From NCBI GenBank assembly GCA_965249575.1, contig OZ252244.1:544001-608000 (forward strand): a stretch of 64,000 nucleotides of DNA, written 5' to 3'. Numbering within the stretch: position 1 is the stretch's first letter; each line of letters opens with the position of its first letter. A model generated the notes under the pieces. It was not told the origin of the DNA. It saw only the letters and a list, made by a program, of their open reading frames with translations, and did no database searches. Positions 19,128 through 26,697 of the stretch are shown in pieces. The translations under genes were made by a program, and so were the position numbers. This stretch comes from Gemmatimonadales bacterium (GTDB lineage Bacteria; Gemmatimonadota; Gemmatimonadetes; Gemmatimonadales; GWC2-71-9).

Positions 19128-20660
19128 ATGTTTACTCGCAAGTCCCCTAGTCCAGCACTAGGTGCGGTTCTGCTTGCCGCGGCCAGCCTCGCTGTTGGCG
19201 CGTGCTCCGAGACGGTACTGACCGGGCCAAGCGGGTTGAGCCAGGTCGGGGTTTTCGATGAGATCAGCCTGTCGGCGTTCGAGCAGATGCTGAGTGCGAA
19301 CGACGGAAGCATGCAGATAACACTCGGGTCCAGCGGCATGACGGCAGGTGAAGTCGCGCTAGCGCCGGCCGATGGCTCGGGAGATCACGAGCGCATCGAC
19401 AGCCATGTGACGGGTGTCCAACTGAACGGTGATGCCGGGACCCTGCTGCTAGAGCTCGGCGGTCTTTCGGTGTCCTTCGACGCACACACGCGATTCCGTT
19501 CCAAGACCGGCGACGACCTGTCGCTAGCCGCCTTTATCGAACGCCTGGAGGCCGCGTTGGCCGAGGGGGATGTGGCCGCGGTACGGGCTCTCCGGCTGGT
19601 CACCGATCACCCGCGGAGTCCCGACGACGCGTCTTTCTTTGCGGTCGAGCTCCGGCTCCTCACCGGTGAAGGGCCCTTCGAGATCGAGATGTTGGTCAAC
19701 CGGGACAATTTCATCCCGAATGACAACCCTCCACCGGACGGCTGGATCAAGGTGTTGGACCTCCTGATCGAAGTCTCCGTCAGCGACGGCCGCACACGGC
19801 TCGAGGAGAAGCGGTCCGACCCCGACGCGGACTTCGTCGATTTCGAAGGACGCATCCGCTCCGTGGATCTCGAGCAGCACTCCTTTACGCTGGGCGATGG
19901 GACGGTCGTCTACCTGGCAGAGGATACGAGGATCAAGTTCAAGCGCGGTGATGAGCACCGCCTCCCCTCGCTCGCCGCGGTTGCCGAGGCCGTACGGTCC
20001 GGGAAAGAGGTGTTCACGGCGGGCGAAGCGATGGTCAGGGGCCGCGAACCACTCACGCTCGTCGCGATTCACGTCGTTTTCGAAGTCGAGCCACCGCCGC
20101 TCGAAGACTTCAGAGGCATAGTTAGATCCGTAAACGAATCCGAGCACACCGTCACGCTCGCCGATGGAATCGTCGTGCGTCTCACGGAGGATACCCGAAT
20201 CAAGTTCGAAGAAGGATCTCCACACCACCTTCGGACGCTCGGGGCCGTCGCCGAGGCGCTGCGCGCAGGCGAGACGGTTTTCGCCGCCGGTGAAGGTCGC
20301 GTGGTCGGCATCGAGCCGCTGGCGATCGTGGCGAAGTGGGCGGTGTTCGAGGTCGAAGGCCCGCCAGTCGAGGACTTCGAGGGAGTTGTCGAATCGGTGG
20401 ATCCGGCTGCGCACACCGCAACACTCACCAATGGTCTCACGTTGCAGCTCACCGGTGACTCGCACATCAAATACGAGCCCGGCGATTCCAGGCGCCTGCC
20501 TTCTCTCGAGACGGTCGCAGAGGCTCTCCGGAACGGCGAGACTGTCGTAGCGCACGGGGCGGGAACGGTCGAAGAGTCCGCAAGCTCCCGTACGATCGTG
20601 GCGCACTGGGTGTTGTTCGAGGTGGAGAATACAGTCACACCCGCACCCGTCCCCGAGTGA
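19128..20660 (+). CDS. Lipoprotein with tandem DUF5666-like (OB-fold) repeats
   Basis: VGAC lipobox; three 89-aa repeats starting at 19839, 20106 and 20373; GGAGG SD. Confidence 0.75.
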   Translation: MFTRKSPSPALGAVLLAAASLAVGACSETVLTGPSGLSQVGVFDEISLSAFEQMLSANDGSMQITLGSSGMTAGEVALAPADGSGDHERIDSHVTGVQLNGDAGTLLLELGGLSVSFDAHTRFRSKTGDDLSLAAFIERLEAALAEGDVAAVRALRLVTDHPRSPDDASFFAVELRLLTGEGPFEIEMLVNRDNFIPNDNPPPDGWIKVLDLLIEVSVSDGRTRLEEKRSDPDADFVDFEGRIRSVDLEQHSFTLGDGTVVYLAEDTRIKFKRGDEHRLPSLAAVAEAVRSGKEVFTAGEAMVRGREPLTLVAIHVVFEVEPPPLEDFRGIVRSVNESEHTVTLADGIVVRLTEDTRIKFEEGSPHHLRTLGAVAEALRAGETVFAAGEGRVVGIEPLAIVAKWAVFEVEGPPVEDFEGVVESVDPAAHTATLTNGLTLQLTGDSHIKYEPGDSRRLPSLETVAEALRNGETVVAHGAGTVEESASSRTIVAHWVLFEVENTVTPAPVPE

Positions 20661-20774
20661 GGAGCGGGCAGTAAGGGGGCCACCCTTCCCCACCCCAACC
20701 GAATATCGGTGGGGGCGGGGGCCTGCTCACTGCTTACTGCTCACGGGGCAGGGGTGGGGTGGGGAGGACCCTCC
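20661..20774 (-). repeat. Structured 3' element, copy B; the plus strand contains a G-quadruplex motif at 20745-20764
   Basis: Reverse complement aligns with 13520-13625; GGGGCAGGGGTGGGGTGGGG on plus strand. Confidence 0.75.
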
Positions 20775-22139
20775 TCACTCGAGCGCGCTCACACGCGCCG
20801 GCGCCGGTGCCCCATCCGGCCCGTTGTCCCAATCCTGCGCGCTGGAGATGTTCGGCATTCCCCACTGATGACCGTTCCAGCCGTCAAAGCCGTCCATCCT
20901 GAAAGCCCAGAACCCAGTCGTCATGTCACTGATCACGACGAGACCATCCGCATTTCGAACGTCGATCCCGAAGGCGCCGTTTGAAACGCCCGTCCCCGTC
21001 TCCGGGGTATCGATTCCTCCCCAACCGCGCTGGTGCGGCCCGTCGTACGTGTCGTAGTAGCCGACCGTATAGGGGTTCGTTGGGTCCATCATGTTGAAAA
21101 CGTGGAGGCCGTCCTCGTAGGTCGACACGAAAACGTACGGCCACCGGACCTCGTGATTGTGCGGCAGCCCCTGCCACCGAGCCGTCCAGGCGCCGATGGG
21201 ACGACTGATCGTCTGCACTTCCTTGTCCAAGCCCGGCTTCAAGTCGAAGAGCCGAAGCGGAGCGTACTGATATTCCGTTTCCGCGACGGCGTAGCGCCCG
21301 TCCGGAGTTGGCGTGAAGGTGTGGCCGTTGGCCATTCCCGCAGCCCCGGTGATCGACGTCAGCAGTTTCGGCTCCTCAGGGCGAGTGACGTCGTAAATGT
21401 GATAGCCGCCCGACCCCGGTCCGTAGTACTTGTCCTGCCGCGTGGCGGGGTCGTAGGCAATGTAGAAGTCGTGGTACCCCCGTTGCGGCGCGAGTGGATT
21501 CTCGGGCACCGGTACGCGACCGATCAACCCCTGTCTCGGGTCACCCGCCAGGAACTTCTGCATGTCGTAGATGTTGGAGTGTGGTCCCGTCGCCGTCGTG
21601 AACAGGAGCACCCGTCCATCGGAGTGTTTGTAGGCGAAAATGTTGTGAAATCCGCCCGGCGTTTCGGGTGCGCGGATGCGCCCAACTTCCCGAACCTGCG
21701 TCGTGTCCGGGAGACCGGTTACGTCCACCACGACGGCACCCAGATCAGCGTTTGGGCTGCCCTGTGCGATCTGGAAGGATTGAACGTCGTAGTACCGCCC
21801 GCCGAGCTTGAAGTACTTGTTGTCCATACCGCCCATGCCCCGGTGCAGGTCCGCATCCTCGATCACCCACGAGTAGAGGTGCTCGGCGTCATCGGGGTCC
21901 TTCAGTCCGATGATGGTGAACCCCATCGAGCTCGTGCTCCCGTGCATCCGGGCCACGTACGCGAACGGCCGCGACATCTCCTGTTCGATCTCGATGTCGG
22001 CCACCGTGAACGTCCTGCCCAGTGGGATGTGCGAGAGAATGCGGACGTTCCGGCTTCCCTGTTGTCCTGGCGGATATTGAGCCTCCGCCGTGGGTGCGAC
22101 CAGCAAGACAAGAGTCGCAATGATCGCCTGGTTTTTCAT
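20775..22139 (-). CDS. Secreted His-rich beta-propeller protein, paralog 4
   Basis: Signal peptide AEA-QYPPG; GGFHNIF, GYHD, NGHTF, PHNHEV; conserved tail; GGAGGTG SD. Confidence 0.8.
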   Translation of the reverse strand: MKNQAIIATLVLLVAPTAEAQYPPGQQGSRNVRILSHIPLGRTFTVADIEIEQEMSRPFAYVARMHGSTSSMGFTIIGLKDPDDAEHLYSWVIEDADLHRGMGGMDNKYFKLGGRYYDVQSFQIAQGSPNADLGAVVVDVTGLPDTTQVREVGRIRAPETPGGFHNIFAYKHSDGRVLLFTTATGPHSNIYDMQKFLAGDPRQGLIGRVPVPENPLAPQRGYHDFYIAYDPATRQDKYYGPGSGGYHIYDVTRPEEPKLLTSITGAAGMANGHTFTPTPDGRYAVAETEYQYAPLRLFDLKPGLDKEVQTISRPIGAWTARWQGLPHNHEVRWPYVFVSTYEDGLHVFNMMDPTNPYTVGYYDTYDGPHQRGWGGIDTPETGTGVSNGAFGIDVRNADGLVVISDMTTGFWAFRMDGFDGWNGHQWGMPNISSAQDWDNGPDGAPAPARVSALE

Positions 22140-22378
22140 GCCCTCACCTCCAGAGGTTCGATCGGTGAACCGCTCGCGGTGCGTCGCCCGCTCGCGGCCC
22201 GCCCCCAGCTAGTCCGTGAATTTGCTCCTCCCCTCGATGACCAGCAAGTCGACGGGCAAACCGGAGACCCCGCCCACCCGACGCTCGACACCCCTCCCCT
22301 GGCCCACCGCACCCATCCTGGTCCATCTTCTGACGCAGGTCCGTACCAGCGATCACCGATGTTCAGGAGGCGCGTGAA

Positions 22379-23569
22379 ATGCTGAAGGCCATGATATCCA
22401 AGCCCGGCACTTCGTGGGAACGCCGAGTCGCTGTTTGGCTCGTGCTTGTTTTAGCCCTTCCAGCAGCTGGCGGCGCACAGGAGATACCACGGGCACGAGA
22501 CATCGGAGTCCCGTTCGACGGCGCGCCCGGACCGCTCAATGCGATCACGGACGTCGTGGGCCTCGAGGTGGGCCACACGACGCTCATGTCTGGTGAGGGC
22601 CCGCTGGTCTTGGGAGAGGGCCCGGTTCGGACGGGCGTGACCGCGATTTTCCCCAAGGGGAAGAAATGGGAACCAGTTTACGCCGGCACCTACGCCCTGA
22701 ACGGGTACGGTGACATGACAGGGACCCACTGGGTCAACGAAGGAGGGCTCCTCGGCGGACCGGTCATGATCACCAACACGCAGAGTGTTGGTATCGTGCG
22801 GGACGCCGTCAACGCCTGGTTTCAGGACGTACTCCACCAACCGATCCCCTGGCACCAGCCGGTCGTCGGAGAGACGTCGGACGGGTTTCTCAACGACATC
22901 GGTGGGTTTCACGTCACGCGGGAGCACGCCTTCGAGGCGATGAACGGTGCGCGCACGGGACCGGTCGTGGAGGGAAACGTCGGCGGCGGTACGGGCATGA
23001 CCGCGCACGGCTTCAAGGGGGGGATCGGCACGTCGTCGAGGATGCTCGAACAGTCCCAGGGGGGATATACGGTCGGTGTGCTGGTGCAGGCGAACTACGG
23101 TGGCAGGTCGACATTCACGGTCGCGGGCGTGCCGGTCGGCAAGGAGATCACCGACCTTCAGCGGGACAGGTTTCCCCGGAGCGAGGGTGACCGTGACGGT
23201 TCGATCATCGTCGTCGTGGCAACAGACGCGCCCCTCCTGCCACACCAGCTCGAGCGATTGGCCAGGCGCGTCCCGCTCGGGATCGCCAAGGTCGGTGGGA
23301 TCGGTACGAACGGATCGGGCGACATCTTCATCGCGTTCTCGACAGCCAATCCGGGCGCTGCGGTTCGCCGGGGGGTCGCCGACATCACGATGTTGGCCAA
23401 CAGCAGCATGACCCCCCTGTTTCTCGCAACCGTCCAGGCCACGGAGGAAGCGATCATCAACGCGCTCGTTGCCGCCGAGACGATGACTGGAGCGAATGGG
23501 ACGGTATATGCCCTACCACACGACCGCCTGCGGGAGGTGCTGCGGAAATACAACCGGCTCAAACAGTGA
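22379..23569 (+). CDS. dmpA: DmpA/P1 (S58) family L-aminopeptidase/D-esterase
   Basis: LNAITDV.GLEVGHTT, VRTGVTAI, EGNVGGGTGM, FKGGIGTSSR, GSIIVVVATDAP, SGDIFIAFST, QATEEAI. Confidence 0.9.
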   Translation: MLKAMISKPGTSWERRVAVWLVLVLALPAAGGAQEIPRARDIGVPFDGAPGPLNAITDVVGLEVGHTTLMSGEGPLVLGEGPVRTGVTAIFPKGKKWEPVYAGTYALNGYGDMTGTHWVNEGGLLGGPVMITNTQSVGIVRDAVNAWFQDVLHQPIPWHQPVVGETSDGFLNDIGGFHVTREHAFEAMNGARTGPVVEGNVGGGTGMTAHGFKGGIGTSSRMLEQSQGGYTVGVLVQANYGGRSTFTVAGVPVGKEITDLQRDRFPRSEGDRDGSIIVVVATDAPLLPHQLERLARRVPLGIAKVGGIGTNGSGDIFIAFSTANPGAAVRRGVADITMLANSSMTPLFLATVQATEEAIINALVAAETMTGANGTVYALPHDRLREVLRKYNRLKQ

Positions 23570-23570
23570 G

Positions 23571-23657
23571 ATCGGGAGTAGGGGGTAGGGGGTAGGGGGA
23601 AGGAGGAAGGGAGGCGGCGGCCGTTACCAATCGCTAATCCCTATCCCCACCCCCGAT
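23571..23657 (+). repeat. G-rich heptamer repeat (GGGRGTA) with downstream C-rich inverted copy; hairpin/G4, possible terminator
   Basis: ATCGGGAGTAGGGGGTAGGGGGTAG ... CTAATCCCTATCCCCACCCCCGAT directly after the dmpA stop. Confidence 0.7.
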
Positions 23658-23838
23658 TGCGTTCGAAACCAGCCAGCGGTGAACCGGTGAGAACCGTGTG
23701 AACCGATCCGCGCACCAGTGGAACACGCGGTGGTTTCCGGCATTGAATCAAGATGGATACATTGTTTCATGAGCCTCGAGCCAGACCCGCCGGTCACTTC
23801 TATCGGACCCCTCTACTGAGAAGGCTGGGCGACGCAGC

Positions 23839-26697
23839 ATGATCGATCAGGTCCGCAGAGCACTCGCCGGTCTATACCGAATCGACCGGGAGTTGGGACA
23901 GGGTGGAATGGCGGCCGTCTTTCTGGCCGAGGACCTCAAGCATCACCGGCCCGTGGCCGTCAAGGTGCTGCGGCACGACCTCGCCGCGTCCTTGGGGTCA
24001 GAGCGCTTCCTTCGCGAGATCGAGATCGCGGCCCGGTTGAATCACCCGCACATCCTCCCGGTCCACGATTCCGGCGCGTCTGACGGGGTGCTCTACTACG
24101 TCATGCCGGTGGTCGAGGGCGAGTCGCTGCGGCAGCTGATGAACCGGGAAAAGCAGCTTCCCGTTGAACAAACGCTCGAGATCGCGAGGCAGGTCGCGTC
24201 GGCCCTCGACTACGCGCACCGGCAGGGGGTCGTGCACCGCGATATCAAGCCGGAGAACGTCATGCTCCACCAAGGCGAAGCCATGGTGATGGACTTCGGC
24301 ATTGCCCTGGCGGTGAGCGCGGTGGAGGGCGAGCGGCTCACGGGCACCGGCTTGGCGATCGGTACGCCAGCATACATGAGCCCCGAGCAGGCGACTGGGA
24401 GCGCCGCAATCGACGCCCGCAGCGATATCTACAGCTTGGGCTGTGTCGTATACGAAATGCTGGCCGGCGAGCCACCATACACGGGCCCGACCCCCCAAGC
24501 TATCATGGCACGAAGCCTCACCGATGAAGCGCCCAAGATCCACACTATTCGTCGCGCCGTCCCCGAGTCCGTCGATGCTGCGGTGGCCCAAGCTCTATCC
24601 ACGACCCCGGCCGACCGCCCCGGGACCGCCGGGGAGTTCGTTGCCATGCTCTCCAGCAGTGCTACCGGTGTGAGACGGCGCGGACGCCGCAACGTCCCCC
24701 AATCGCTCATGGCAGCCGGGATCGCCGGGTTGCTCGTTGCCGCAGGGCTTTTTTGGGCATGGCCGCGCGCCGCTGCCAGCTCAGTGACCCCTGGCACCGA
24801 GGTCCTCGCCGTCGTGCCCTTCAACGCGGTGGGGGCAGATGTCGAAGTGCTCGGCGAAGGAATGATCGACCTCCTGTCCACCAACCTCGACGGCGTCGGA
24901 GGCATCCGGACGGTCGACCCGGGCACCGTGTTGAGCCGGTGGCACAGACGCTCCGATGGAGGCGGTGGGTTGGAGACGGCGCTGGCGGTAGGACGGGAGG
25001 TCGAGGCCGGCTCGATCCTCACGGGAAGCGCGGTGCAAGCGGGCAACAGCGTCCGAATCACGGCGGATCTCTATCTCGTGGACGGGCAGAAGCTCGCCAC
25101 CGCGTCCATCGACGGACCAACCGACAGCGTTCTGACATTGGTGGACAGCCTGAGCCTTCGGTTGGTTCGCGAGATCTGGCGAGCTCAGGAGCCCCTCCCC
25201 GGCCTGCGGGTCAGCGCAATCACTACCGGTTCGGCGGACGCGATTCGCGCGTACCTGAGGGGGGAGCAGTACTACCGTCGCGCAGAGTGGGATTCCGCGA
25301 TCGTCTCTTTTCAGGAAGCCGTGGATGCCGATTCGACCTTCGCCCTCGCCTACGCACGGCTGGGATTCAGCCACGGCTGGGTCACGTCACTCTTCGGCAG
25401 GCCGTTTGCCGAGGCAGTGGCAGCGGCCGCCAGGCTCGCAGATCGGCTCCCCGAGCGGGATCGCTCGCTGGTGGTCGCGGGACAGCTCTTCGGCGAATTC
25501 AGCCTCGCGGGCCTGGACACCATGCGAGCCTACGTGGCGCGGTATCCGGGCGATGCCGACGGGTGGTTCCTGCTGGGCGATATCCAATACCACGCCCAGC
25601 CGATTCTGGCGCTCAGTCCCGACGACTATTACGGGCCCTTTGAGCGAGCCGTGGAACTCAACCCGTCACTCGCCGCCGCGCTAATCCATCCCATCGAGCT
25701 CAGCCTCAGCACCGGCGACAGCGTGCGGTTCGCACGGTATCGTGAGCTCTACGAACAGGTGGGGGGAGACCTCCCCGCCGACCTGGGCTCCCTGAATGCC
25801 ATCGCGTGGAGCCGCTCCGATACGACTCTCAAGGCCGTGCGGCGGGCCTTTCGCGAGATCCGCCTGCTCTACGGGAGGTTCCCGGCTTTGTTCTACGGGT
25901 CACCGGCGCTCACGCCCCAGGATCTCCTAGTCGGCCTGGAGATGCCCGCGCGCCTACCGGCTGGTCTCCCCCCAGGCGCCAACCTGATGCAGCGTGGGTC
26001 GGTCTTGCAGAGCCTCGGGCGTCTGGCAGAGGCCAGGGTAGTTGCCGAGTCCCTCAAGGCCTACGATCAGATAGCCGGATATCAGATGCTGCTGGCCCCA
26101 CTGTTTGGCGGCTACGCGTCCCCATCCCTCGCTGACGAAGCGGTGGACCTACTTGCACGCATCTCCCCCGATAGCGCACCGCACCGGGCGATCGTCAGCC
26201 TGGGTCTCAAGGACCTCGAGGGTGCCCGTCAGGCGATTCGGCTGGGGCTAGACCCAGATTTCGAGCTCACCCAGGGCCCGCCCAAATGGCGCAACCTCTT
26301 CACGGCAGCAGCAGGTTCACTCAAGCTGCTCGAGGGAGACACAGCCTCCGGTGTGCAGGAGCTTCGAGCCGCATTCGACGAGATCGGTTTCGGAAACCTG
26401 GCATATGCCGTGACTCCGCTCCGATTCCAGCTGGCAGCGACCCTCGCCGCACGGCCCCAGACCCGGGCCGAGGGCATCCGCCGGCTGCGGTGGGGCTTTC
26501 CCTACGCGCCTCAATATCGTGCAGTCGGCCACATGCTGATCGCGCGCGCACTCGAAGCTGAGGGAGACCGCACCGGAGCCGCCGATGCCTACGCGGAGGT
26601 ATTGCGGCTCTGGAAGGGCGCGGACCCGGAGCTCCAGCCCATGGTTCGGGATGTCCGCGACGCGCTCACCCGCCTGACCGCCGAGCCGGTAAACTAG
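23839..26697 (+). CDS. Hanks-type Ser/Thr protein kinase with TM, TolB-N-like and TPR domains
   Basis: LGQGGMAAV, VAVK, HRDIKPEN, DFG, GTPAYMSPEQ, SDIYSLG; C-terminal TPRs. Confidence 0.95.
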   Translation: MIDQVRRALAGLYRIDRELGQGGMAAVFLAEDLKHHRPVAVKVLRHDLAASLGSERFLREIEIAARLNHPHILPVHDSGASDGVLYYVMPVVEGESLRQLMNREKQLPVEQTLEIARQVASALDYAHRQGVVHRDIKPENVMLHQGEAMVMDFGIALAVSAVEGERLTGTGLAIGTPAYMSPEQATGSAAIDARSDIYSLGCVVYEMLAGEPPYTGPTPQAIMARSLTDEAPKIHTIRRAVPESVDAAVAQALSTTPADRPGTAGEFVAMLSSSATGVRRRGRRNVPQSLMAAGIAGLLVAAGLFWAWPRAAASSVTPGTEVLAVVPFNAVGADVEVLGEGMIDLLSTNLDGVGGIRTVDPGTVLSRWHRRSDGGGGLETALAVGREVEAGSILTGSAVQAGNSVRITADLYLVDGQKLATASIDGPTDSVLTLVDSLSLRLVREIWRAQEPLPGLRVSAITTGSADAIRAYLRGEQYYRRAEWDSAIVSFQEAVDADSTFALAYARLGFSHGWVTSLFGRPFAEAVAAAARLADRLPERDRSLVVAGQLFGEFSLAGLDTMRAYVARYPGDADGWFLLGDIQYHAQPILALSPDDYYGPFERAVELNPSLAAALIHPIELSLSTGDSVRFARYRELYEQVGGDLPADLGSLNAIAWSRSDTTLKAVRRAFREIRLLYGRFPALFYGSPALTPQDLLVGLEMPARLPAGLPPGANLMQRGSVLQSLGRLAEARVVAESLKAYDQIAGYQMLLAPLFGGYASPSLADEAVDLLARISPDSAPHRAIVSLGLKDLEGARQAIRLGLDPDFELTQGPPKWRNLFTAAAGSLKLLEGDTASGVQELRAAFDEIGFGNLAYAVTPLRFQLAATLAARPQTRAEGIRRLRWGFPYAPQYRAVGHMLIARALEAEGDRTGAADAYAEVLRLWKGADPELQPMVRDVRDALTRLTAEPVN

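Noticed and set aside
19524..22385. Long antisense ORFs 19524..20693 and 21033..22385 (also 32929..33993 and similar)
   Set aside because: Shadow frames of real genes in GC-rich DNA with no recognisable motifs
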